A stretch of 64,000 nt of DNA from Methanobacteriota archaeon (GTDB taxonomy: Archaea > Thermoplasmatota > Poseidoniia > Poseidoniales > Thalassarchaeaceae): contig JAERST010000013.1 of the NCBI GenBank assembly GCA_016845365.1, forward strand, positions 44,090 through 108,089. Direction: 5' to 3'. The position numbers and the translations under genes were made by a program. Positions 1-8,592 of this stretch are shown piece after piece (within the stretch, counting starts at the first letter, position 1; every line of letters begins with the position of its first letter). The notes under the pieces are model-generated. The model saw only the letters and a list, made by a program, of their open reading frames with translations, did not search any database and was not told the origin of the DNA.

Positions 1-1872
1 CGCATCGTCAGCGGTAGCGATATCGCGAAGATGCATTCTCGCATGCGCTTCGGTTAAGCGGATTAGGGCTTCAAGCGCACGCGGAGTAATCGGAATCACT
101 TCGGTTTCAGTGTACTGCGCCTCATCTCGGCTGAATGATTGGCGCTCGTTCGTGTAGTATTCTAGAATCATCGCCTTAGCATCCTTGTTCAGATCAGGAT
201 GGATATTGCGCTTCGCGTAGGCGATGTATTTGCGAAGGAATTCAATTGTAAGGTGCTGAGAACCATCAACTCCTTCGCCGTAGATTTGTCCTTCATCGGC
301 TTCTCTAAGGTCGAGTTCCATCGCTTCATCCAACTTCGATTCACTGATTCCTTGAGTTCTGACTTCCAAAATATGCCGAGCAATCCGCTCATCGTCGTCT
401 ACTCGAACCTCGTCGCGGAGCATCCAGATGATGTCGAAACGCGAGGCGAGGGGAGGAGGTAGGCCAGTTTCATTGAATGAGTGCATCACACTCTCATTTG
501 AGCCACGCTTTGTGAACCGCCCTTGGATTGGATTGGCTGCCGCAAGGACCGCGCAACGGGTGTTCAATGTCGCCTTTACACCACCCTTCGATACATCCAG
601 CCGCTGCTGCTCCATGGCAGGGTGCATTGTTCTCCTATCCTCTTCACTAATCTTGTCAAATTCGTCGATGGCTGCCATTCCTCGGTCAGAGAGTGGTAGA
701 ATTCCCGCTTCGAGGGCGAAACGGCCTCCGCCGCCGAAATCGTCCCGCACCGCCGCTGCAGTCAGACCGGCTCCCGAGACACCTCCTCCTGTTGCGAACA
801 TGCCGCGAGGGGAGAGTTTAGACATGTAATTCAGGAGTTGAGATTTTGCTACACCGGGATCACCCATCAACAGAATATGGATGTCGCCACGCGAGCGGGT
901 TGCGTCCTTGTTAACTCTCGAAACCCCGCCAAATAGTTGCATTGCGAGGCTGCGTTTGACATAATGCACGACTCCGGTGGCGTAGACCGAAGGTGCGATT
1001 GACTGCTGCATCAATTTCAGCAGGTCGGGGCGAGAGCCGATGTCGAGAATCGCTTCACGGTCCTGGTCTGAGATTTTGATTTCAGTGAATGGAGTACTCT
1101 CATGCTCCGAACTGACGAGGTGATAGATGATATCGAACATCGGGGTTTTCTTGTTCCTTTTCACCTCGGAATGAACCACTGGAATCACATTGACGACGAC
1201 TCTCTGGCCGGGTAGGTGCTTGTTGACGAGGTCGCCTTCGACGAGAACGTGCCCTCGAGAGGGTTGGGCACCGCTCGGCACGTTCTCGGGAACCTCTTGA
1301 ATCTCAATCCACTGATTGTTGACCATGCGAGAGATGTTCATCACGAGGACGAAGCGGGTGCCGCCGTTGCGACCAGCCATCTCTCCGCAACCGGTCTCTT
1401 CAGGGCACTTTAGCGGCTCTTTCAATTCCCGCTCGTTATCCTGAATCTTCTCGACGGTGTGGCCGCAAGCCTCGCATTGGAAGACCGCTCGGTGAATGCG
1501 AGGCTTGATTTCGCTGATTTTTGTGACGATTACCTCAGCGCTTCGTAATCGCTCGATATCTCGACTGCCCATGTCGCGTAGGTCTCGCCGACTATCCTTG
1601 GGCAGCTCGCCAACTCGTAGAAGACAGTCGAGGTCTTCGCCTCGCTCGCGGCAGATTTCGTTGAGCGTCTGGCGGCCTTTATCGAGAATCTTGCGAGGAT
1701 CGATTAGAACGTCCTCTGCGAACTCAGGGTCAAATGCCTGAAGCTCGTGAAAGGTGACGTCGAGGACAGCATTTTCGAACTGCTTTGACAGGAGCAAAAC
1801 AATCTCCGGTTCCTTGGCTTCGGTGAAGAAAGTCCTCCACCGCGCCGATGAATCATGTGCTGCCATTGTCAT
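1..1872 (-). CDS. mcm: MCM replicative helicase (partial, runs off the left edge; missing from the ORF track)
   Basis: Manual translation from ATG 1872/1866 gives Zn finger CEAC...CPEETGC, Walker A RGDIHILLMGDPGVAKSQLL, Walker B AAIDEFDK, MEQQ, AAANP and Arg finger SRFD. Confidence 0.96.
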   Translation of the reverse strand, partial: MTMAAHDSSARWRTFFTEAKEPEIVLLLSKQFENAVLDVTFHELQAFDPEFAEDVLIDPRKILDKGRQTLNEICRERGEDLDCLLRVGELPKDSRRDLRDMGSRDIERLRSAEVIVTKISEIKPRIHRAVFQCEACGHTVEKIQDNERELKEPLKCPEETGCGEMAGRNGGTRFVLVMNISRMVNNQWIEIQEVPENVPSGAQPSRGHVLVEGDLVNKHLPGQRVVVNVIPVVHSEVKRNKKTPMFDIIYHLVSSEHESTPFTEIKISDQDREAILDIGSRPDLLKLMQQSIAPSVYATGVVHYVKRSLAMQLFGGVSRVNKDATRSRGDIHILLMGDPGVAKSQLLNYMSKLSPRGMFATGGGVSGAGLTAAAVRDDFGGGGRFALEAGILPLSDRGMAAIDEFDKISEEDRRTMHPAMEQQRLDVSKGGVKATLNTRCAVLAAANPIQGRFTKRGSNESVMHSFNETGLPPPLASRFDIIWMLRDEVRVDDDERIARHILEVRTQGISESKLDEAMELDLREADEGQIYGEGVDGSQHLTIEFLRKYIAYAKRNIHPDLNKDAKAMILEYYTNERQSFSRDEAQYTETEVIPITPRALEALIRLTEAHARMHLRDIATADDA

Positions 1873-2089
1873 CGATTTCACCGCCGGGCGCGGGAAGTGA
1901 GAATCCGTGGTCTATGAACAAAGCGGGTAGGGAACTCGACCCCTTCACTTCCGGTGGAGGAAATCACCGCCTCACGTCGTCAAAATGAGGGGCTGAGGCC
2001 TTCCACTGCAATTTCTTGGTCGTCAGCGCCGAGCCCACAGGAAGTGTACCTTGGGATTTGTTCAAACACCGATTCCCAATCGCTAGGTC

Positions 2090-2518
2090 ATGGAGTACAC
2101 ACGTTCAGGCAGTGACATCCTCGTGCGAATTGACCAAGGTGAAGAAATTCACACGGCGCTGAAGGAATTGACAGATGAGCTTGGATTCGATGCGGCTGCT
2201 ATCACAAGTGGTATTGGTCGAACTCGTGACAATCAATATGGATACATGAACTCAGAAGGTGTCTACCAGAGGCACCCATTGGATTCTCCTTCTGAATTGG
2301 TCAGCCTTTCGGGCAATATTGCTCGCACCCAAGAAGGAGCCCCATTCACCCACATCCACTGTTGCTGGTCTGATGATGACAACAATGTGCATGCAGGACA
2401 CATGTTTCAGGCGACCGTACATGTCGTCGCTGAAATTCACCTCCGAGTGATGGATCATGCCTCGATGACGCGATGTCCTCTCGCTGAGTTTGAATTATTG
2501 GGCTTGGAATTTGATTAG
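2090..2518 (+). CDS. PPC/DUF296 domain protein
   Basis: VRIDQGEEI, SGIG, ELVSLSGNI, HIH and AGH motifs typical of DUF296. Confidence 0.85.
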   Translation: MEYTRSGSDILVRIDQGEEIHTALKELTDELGFDAAAITSGIGRTRDNQYGYMNSEGVYQRHPLDSPSELVSLSGNIARTQEGAPFTHIHCCWSDDDNNVHAGHMFQATVHVVAEIHLRVMDHASMTRCPLAEFELLGLEFD

Positions 2519-2536
2519 AACCAATTCGATGGGCGG

Positions 2537-3154
2537 ATGATGATGCGGATTCTGTGGGCTCATGGCCTAGAGGGAAGTCCGGGTGGTTCGAAGCCGACTT
2601 GGATTGTTGAGAATCTCGGCTGGGAAGTTGTTTCGCCAGCGATGAGTGAGCGAGGCTGGACCATCGCTGAGCAAACCGATGTCGTCGTTGAGGCGATTGC
2701 TGCTGACGACGACCTTGATGTCATCATGGGGTCATCCTACGGCGGGCTCGCCATCGCCAATGCCGCCGCACAATTTCTCAACCGTGATTTGCGAATTGTG
2801 CTGATGGCGCCCGCCTTCGGCCTCGCCGAGAATTTTCGAAGGATTGCCGGCGAGGCCGGTGTGCGCGAATGGGAGGAGACCGGCTCGCGCCCATATTTTC
2901 ACCATGGATTCGGCCACGAGGTCGAGTTCGGCTGGGATTTCATCACCAGTGCCGACGAGATGTCGTGGCCAGACCTTCAGCATCCGACCGTAATCATCCA
3001 CGGAACGTCGGATGATATCGTTCCAATCGAATCATCTCGCAAAGTTGCGACCTCGAACGAATTGGTCGAATTAATCGAGGTCGATGACGGCCATCGTCTA
3101 GCCGAATCTTTGCACCTCATCCCGCTGGCCGTCCAGCGCGTTCTCGCTCATTGA
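2537..3154 (+). CDS. alpha/beta hydrolase (YqiA/YcfP-like esterase)
   Basis: HGLEGSP, nucleophile elbow GSSYGG, IIHGTSDDIVP, DDGH. Confidence 0.85.
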   Translation: MMMRILWAHGLEGSPGGSKPTWIVENLGWEVVSPAMSERGWTIAEQTDVVVEAIAADDDLDVIMGSSYGGLAIANAAAQFLNRDLRIVLMAPAFGLAENFRRIAGEAGVREWEETGSRPYFHHGFGHEVEFGWDFITSADEMSWPDLQHPTVIIHGTSDDIVPIESSRKVATSNELVELIEVDDGHRLAESLHLIPLAVQRVLAH

Positions 3155-3233
3155 GGACTGAGGGAATTAATCCCGCGCGCGTGTGGGCGAAGCGTATTAA
3201 TGGGGCTGAAATTGCCCCGACAAATCCCTTCAA

Positions 3234-3950
3234 TCAGTGAGACCCGAGGAAGTATTCCCCAATTTCAGGGTCGGTCAGAATGTGTTGAGCATCACTCGTG
3301 TGAACCACCTTCCCGCTCGCCAAAATGTAGCCACGGTCAGAGCGAGCAAGGCTCAACCGAGCGTTCTGCTCGACGATTAAAACAGTAATTCCCTCCTCAC
3401 GCAGAGCATCAATCCGCTCGATGATTTGTTGCTGATATAGCGGAGACAGCGCCGCTGTTGGCTCATCTAAAAGCAAGAAAGTCGGATTGGAAATGAGCGC
3501 CCTCGAAATCGCCAACATCTGGCGCTCACCACCAGAAAGTGAAGCAGCCAAATCGTGGGTGCGATCGCGCAAATCTGGGAACATCTTCAGAGCGCGCTCG
3601 ATGCGCTCATTCAGCACCTTAGTAGGCAATTTATTGCCACCCATCTGCAAATTTTCGTGCACAGTCAGCGAAGGGAAGACATTGTTCACCTGCGGAACGT
3701 AAGCGATGCCGCGGTTGACCAATTGGTCGGTTCGCCAGCCGGAGACGTCGTCCCCATCGTGCTCAACGGTTCCCGAGTAGTGGGTGGCGATGCCGAAAAT
3801 CGTCTTGATGAAAGTGGATTTTCCGCAGCCGTTCGGGCCGATGATTGTCACGAATTCGCCCTTGTCGACGTAGAGGTCGATATCGTAGAGAATCTGCACA
3901 GAGCCGTAGCCGCCGTTCAATCCCTTGACCTCGAGGATGCGCTCGCTCAT
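3234..3950 (-). CDS. livF: branched-chain amino acid ABC transporter ATPase, LivF type
   Basis: GPNGCGKST, LSGGERQMLA, LLDEP, VEQNA. Confidence 0.93.
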   Translation of the reverse strand: MSERILEVKGLNGGYGSVQILYDIDLYVDKGEFVTIIGPNGCGKSTFIKTIFGIATHYSGTVEHDGDDVSGWRTDQLVNRGIAYVPQVNNVFPSLTVHENLQMGGNKLPTKVLNERIERALKMFPDLRDRTHDLAASLSGGERQMLAISRALISNPTFLLLDEPTAALSPLYQQQIIERIDALREEGITVLIVEQNARLSLARSDRGYILASGKVVHTSDAQHILTDPEIGEYFLGSH

Positions 3951-4756
3951 TCCTCCTCGCCCCCTTCGCCTTGGGCCTCGCCCTCATCGCCAGCCGCGCC
4001 CAGATAGGCCTCGATGACAGCACGATTGCTGCGAACCTCGTCCGGAGTGCCGACCATGAGGATTTCACCCTCGTTCATGACGACGATTCGGTCGACTCCT
4101 TGTCGAAGAATGAAATCCATATTGTGTTCGATAATCAGAACCGAAATGCCCGTCTCATCGACAATCTTTCGAAGATTGTTGAATATCTTCATCGCCAGCG
4201 GACCGGCTACACCCGCAACCGGCTCATCGAGAAGCAGAAGTTGCGGGTCACCCATCATCGAGCGGCCGATGTCAACGAGTTTCGACTGGCCACCAGAGAG
4301 TTCGCTGGCGAGATTGTGCGCCATGTGCGGAACTTCGAGCTGGTCCAGAACCTCGTAAGCACGTGCCAATCGGTCTTGCTCGGCGGGTCGAGAAAATGGT
4401 TGCAGAATCGCCTGTAGCGGATTCGGTTTGAATTGCTCGCGAGGCGGCACCAAGAGATTCTCGATGACCGTCATCTGCCGCCAGAGCCGAGTGTGCTGGA
4501 AAGTGCGTGTAAAGCCGAGATTCTGAATCTCGTCCGGCCGCATATCAGATGCATCCTCTCCGAAGACTTCGACACTTCCAGAGGTCTGCTGCAGCAATCC
4601 ACTGATGCAATTGAAAGTGGTTGATTTGCCGCATCCGTTCGGCCCGATCAAACCTACGAATTCACCCGGGCCGACCTCAAAAGAGACATCCTTTACAGCG
4701 ACCAGCCCACCGAATTCCTTGCGAAGATTCTGAATCTTCAACACAGGTTCACTCAT
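3947..4756 (-). CDS. livG: branched-chain amino acid ABC transporter ATPase, LivG type
   Basis: FGGLVAV, GPNGCGKST, RTFQ, LSGGQ, LLLLDEP, IEHNM, C-terminal VIEAYLG. ATG 4756 overlaps the permease stop. Confidence 0.93.
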   Translation of the reverse strand: MSEPVLKIQNLRKEFGGLVAVKDVSFEVGPGEFVGLIGPNGCGKSTTFNCISGLLQQTSGSVEVFGEDASDMRPDEIQNLGFTRTFQHTRLWRQMTVIENLLVPPREQFKPNPLQAILQPFSRPAEQDRLARAYEVLDQLEVPHMAHNLASELSGGQSKLVDIGRSMMGDPQLLLLDEPVAGVAGPLAMKIFNNLRKIVDETGISVLIIEHNMDFILRQGVDRIVVMNEGEILMVGTPDEVRSNRAVIEAYLGAAGDEGEAQGEGGEEE

Positions 4757-7700
4757 TCGAATCACCTCCGGATGTCGAGTCCGACCGGGTAGGCCGGCTC
4801 GGAACTTCTGGCATCAAGCCCTTCGGATTGAACTTGAGAGAGAATAGAATCAGACAGCCGATTAGGAAGACCTTGACGTAGGCCATATCGGCTTGGAGTC
4901 CACCGATGAAAGCCTCGTCAATTGAGCGTTGGCCCATCATCAAGCCGGTGAAAGTGAAGGTGACAGCACCGGCTAATCCCACTTCTCTGAGCCCTGCCTT
5001 CCCGATTAACCAACCGAGTAAGCACAGAATGATGCAGAGGTTGACCACTTCCCACGAGTCGACAACTAGCCACTCAAACAGGCTATCGATACGCGCGGCC
5101 GTCGTGTGCAAGGGTAAGTCTGCAGAACCTTGGCCGGCGACTAGAACGTTGAAGACGAATTCCATCAGTACGATGATGAAGGCGCCGACGACCATTCCTC
5201 GGTTATTCGCGGCTCCACCAACGATGAAAGCAGCCCAAACGAGGAATGTCGACCTTGCTGGCATCATATGGTTGGGCTGGAATCCTGTAAGCTTCCAAGC
5301 CCAGAGTGCCCCTGCGAAGGCGGCGATTGCCGCGCCGAGAGCGAGGCTCGCCGCCTTGTGAGTCAAGACATCGTGTCCGTGGTGTTGAGCGACTTCTTCG
5401 TCCTCGCGGATGGCTCGCAGAATGCGACCCCATGGTGAGGCGAGCACCGTGTCGAGAAGCCACCAAATCAGAACGGTTGCGACGATTCCGATTATGGCTA
5501 GCAGGAGCATGTAAGGAGCTGGCTCACCCAAATTCAGCAAGTCGCCAACCGAAGCCGCGGGACTTGACAAATCCACTACATCGCGGCAATCTGCCGGTTC
5601 CATCTTCGAGATGATATCATCCGCAGTCCCCAAAGTGGCATCCGGTCCAGCCAAAGGCGCCTTATTCGGAACATCGGAACCGCAGAACCACCATGATTCA
5701 CCCGGCAGAGTATACCGTGAGATTCCAATCGAGGAACCCCAAGAACCAGCGCGTAGCAAGGGTTCACCAGCAAGCAATACGCGTACGATTTCACCGAGTG
5801 AAATCGTCACGATTGCGAAGTAATCCATCCGCAATCGAGCGGTTGGATAAGCCAGCAGCCAGCCGGCGAGAGCGGCGATGAGGACAGCCGCTATCGTCGC
5901 CGGAATCACGGGCCAATCGTAGCCGTGTAATTCAGAGGGAGCGCTCAGAATCCCCACGACGATTGACCCGATACCAACAAAGAATATCACACCAAAATTC
6001 ACCATTCCCGTGACACCGGTGTGGAGGTTTAGTGAGAAGGCCATGAGGGCGAAAATAGCCAGTGTGACCAGCACGTTTGAGACTTGTAGGACCTTGATGA
6101 AGCGCATTCCATCCTGTTCTGCGACCGGCAACCAAGCCAAGAATAACAGCAAAATGAACATCATTACACTGAACATAATCCACGAGCCCTTCGGACTCTC
6201 ACGCCCGTACAATGCAAGGTGATCTGTGCCGCTAGACTCCGGTCGAACTCGCGAAATCAATGGAGAAATCTGCTCTGAAATTTGCACAGTGAATCCATCG
6301 ATCTGCGCAGAGACCCTCGTTGGAATTGTGTTGAGTTTGACAGCGAGTTGATTCAAGGAAGTCGAGAGATTTCCAAAGCCCGGGCTCGCGCTCGCTGTTA
6401 CGTCTTCAATCATCGAAGTTATTCGGCGAAGTGGGTCTTCATCACGCCCCTTCAGCAGATTGATTCCCTCGACAATTGCGATGAGCCACACCAAGATTGG
6501 TAATGCTGGCCAAATCACATCTCCGAGGGTGCCAATGATATCGAGTAAGGCCAGCTCGCTTGACATCAAGTCAAACCAAGTCTGATTCATGAAATCGAGA
6601 TGTTCTGCCGTCCAGCTCTCGTGCAGATATGGGGCTACGTCGCTGGGCGGCGAATCGATATTCGATTCTGTGAACGGGGCATCGGCCAGAGTGAGTGAGC
6701 CATCGCTTCTGCCCGTAACCAATTCGAGATTGGTTGCGATGCCTTCTGAGTCTTGGCAGGTTTGCGAGCAGGCGCCCTCAGAGAATGAGTTCGCGCCGAT
6801 GAATTGTGAGATTCTGTGGAATACGTAAGCACCAATCGTCGCTATCAGCATCGATTGACCACGAGCCTCTTTGCGCTGCTGGAAATTGTGTAGACCCAAT
6901 GCACCGGTTGGCAGAATCGCAAGGATTCCTCCTGTCTTCTTGTTCGGTGCCCGGTCTTGCTCAGCGCGTTTTCTGAGTCGGTCGACCTTCCATTTCTCAT
7001 AGGCATCGCCGATTCCCTCGGGCATAATCATCAGGATAGCGATGAGGAAAATGTAGGGCATTACTCCGTCGAGTGCTGTGTAATTTGAGCGCCCGAGTGG
7101 TTGTCCTATACCGATTAGGACGGGGGATGAAAGGGCGCGAACAAAACCGACGATTAGCGAGCCGATTATCGCTCCGGGAATTGAGCCAATGGTTCCGAGG
7201 ACGATTACTGCGAACGATGGAAGAAGGAGTGTGAAGGCCGTTTCAGGCGTGAAGCGGAGCGTCATCGCGAAGATGGCCCCACCCATCCCAGAAAGGCCGG
7301 CCGAGAGGAAGGCGCTGGTCATTTGCACCCTCTCGACGTTGATACCGCTGGATGCGGCAAGGTCTGGGTTGTCGGCAACAGCGCGCATGCGGCGGCCGAG
7401 GCGAGTCTTGTTGAGGAGAATCAGAAGGAGAATTACCGAGATGAAGATCACAACCGGCATGGCACCCTTGTAGTAGGCATAGCCGGTTGTGGCTTGGTCG
7501 ACACAATTTGTCGCCAAATCATAGGTCTCGAAGAGTGGTTTGCTTCCTTCGACGACAATCCTCTCGCCGCCCTCAGCATCGCAAGAATTCAGAGTATAGG
7601 TCGAGCCTTCCTCGATACTGCGGTCGCCGAGGTAGAGGCGAAGTTTGGTTGTTGGAATGTCCCACCGCAGGGAAGGTACGCGCCAATCTGCATCTGGCTC

Positions 7701-8474
7701 GAACATATTCTTGCCTGCACCAAATCGAAGGTAGACGAGTGCGCGCAAAATCAGTGCCACACCCAGCGATGCGATCATCATCACCTGAGGTGAAGCATCG
7801 CGCTCGCGGAATCCGCGATAGACCAAACGATCGATGACAATGCCAGCGATTCCAGTCAGTACAAAGGCGCCTAAGACTGTCCACAAGAGGAGAGACCAGA
7901 CGATTACACCGTCTCTAGGAGCAGCGGCAAGTGGGTAGAAATGATCTACCCAAACCATCACCATTGCCAAATACATACCAATCATGAAGAATTCAGATTG
8001 GGCAAAATTTCCGTAACGCTGGACCTTGTAGGTCAGGGTTAATCCGACGGCTATCGCAAGATATGTCGTCGACCAAGTTAGCGTTCCGACTCCAACCGAT
8101 ACTAGGTCGAGGGTAATGATTGCATCATCGGCCATTCCCTTGAACAAGAGGTCCAAGGTTAACCAGACAATGAATAAGAGAAAAAGTGGAGAACAAGCGA
8201 TTCCGATAGAACGGGCGGTGCTTTCTGGGACATCATCGAAGAGGATTTTGATCAGCATAAATCCGCCTGAGATAGCCACGACGGTTTGCAATAACCATAC
8301 CATATCATTCGGAATTCCTCCCCCGAGGATAGCGTCACTGTGATTGAGTAGACCGAAGCCGTATCTCAAGCCCAGCCAAGCATCGAAGATGATGATTAGC
8401 GAAATCACCAGGCGCTGGCGGCCACGGTCAAGGGATTTCCAGCCGGAAGTCACAGATTCAATCATCTGGCACAC
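4749..8474 (-). CDS. fused LivH-LivM ABC permease (1241 aa) with extra TM segments and a TM2-like insert
   Basis: LivH half: AVGLTLTY..NFAQSEF, TRLGRRMRAVADNPDLAASSGIN, VIVLGTIGSIPGAIIG. LivM half: SLNLHTGVTGMVNFG, RLRMDYFAIVTISLGEI, SPWGRILRAIREDE, PKGLMPE. Confidence 0.9.
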   Translation of the reverse strand: MCQMIESVTSGWKSLDRGRQRLVISLIIIFDAWLGLRYGFGLLNHSDAILGGGIPNDMVWLLQTVVAISGGFMLIKILFDDVPESTARSIGIACSPLFLLFIVWLTLDLLFKGMADDAIITLDLVSVGVGTLTWSTTYLAIAVGLTLTYKVQRYGNFAQSEFFMIGMYLAMVMVWVDHFYPLAAAPRDGVIVWSLLLWTVLGAFVLTGIAGIVIDRLVYRGFRERDASPQVMMIASLGVALILRALVYLRFGAGKNMFEPDADWRVPSLRWDIPTTKLRLYLGDRSIEEGSTYTLNSCDAEGGERIVVEGSKPLFETYDLATNCVDQATTGYAYYKGAMPVVIFISVILLLILLNKTRLGRRMRAVADNPDLAASSGINVERVQMTSAFLSAGLSGMGGAIFAMTLRFTPETAFTLLLPSFAVIVLGTIGSIPGAIIGSLIVGFVRALSSPVLIGIGQPLGRSNYTALDGVMPYIFLIAILMIMPEGIGDAYEKWKVDRLRKRAEQDRAPNKKTGGILAILPTGALGLHNFQQRKEARGQSMLIATIGAYVFHRISQFIGANSFSEGACSQTCQDSEGIATNLELVTGRSDGSLTLADAPFTESNIDSPPSDVAPYLHESWTAEHLDFMNQTWFDLMSSELALLDIIGTLGDVIWPALPILVWLIAIVEGINLLKGRDEDPLRRITSMIEDVTASASPGFGNLSTSLNQLAVKLNTIPTRVSAQIDGFTVQISEQISPLISRVRPESSGTDHLALYGRESPKGSWIMFSVMMFILLLFLAWLPVAEQDGMRFIKVLQVSNVLVTLAIFALMAFSLNLHTGVTGMVNFGVIFFVGIGSIVVGILSAPSELHGYDWPVIPATIAAVLIAALAGWLLAYPTARLRMDYFAIVTISLGEIVRVLLAGEPLLRAGSWGSSIGISRYTLPGESWWFCGSDVPNKAPLAGPDATLGTADDIISKMEPADCRDVVDLSSPAASVGDLLNLGEPAPYMLLLAIIGIVATVLIWWLLDTVLASPWGRILRAIREDEEVAQHHGHDVLTHKAASLALGAAIAAFAGALWAWKLTGFQPNHMMPARSTFLVWAAFIVGGAANNRGMVVGAFIIVLMEFVFNVLVAGQGSADLPLHTTAARIDSLFEWLVVDSWEVVNLCIILCLLGWLIGKAGLREVGLAGAVTFTFTGLMMGQRSIDEAFIGGLQADMAYVKVFLIGCLILFSLKFNPKGLMPEVPSRPTRSDSTSGGDSNE

Positions 8475-8529
8475 CGTCGGGAAAAAGGAATCAGTTTCAA
8501 CTCTGCAGTTTCAAAAATAGGGTTGGGGG

Positions 8530-8562
8530 GCTCCCCAGCGAGCGTGTTGCCCGCTGGGGAGC
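8530..8562 (-). terminator. GC-rich stem-loop between the binding-protein and permease genes
   Basis: gctccccagcg (8530-8540) is the exact reverse complement of cgctggggagc (8552-8562). On the minus strand the stem extends to ~14 bp with a G-U pair. Confidence 0.6.
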
Positions 8563-8592
8563 TTTACGTTCCCAGTGCGTGTCTCTACGAGT

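Noticed and set aside
1915-2050. tRNA-like fragment (gcgggtagggaactcgacccct) and RNase P-like GAGGAAA upstream of mcm
   Set aside because: No cloverleaf can be built (T loop one base short, no D or anticodon arms) and the P4-like elements are in the wrong order. Only scattered short stems are present.
1873-2089. Replication origin next to mcm
   Set aside because: No cdc6/orc1 in the window, no recognisable ORB repeats and no AT-rich unwinding element.
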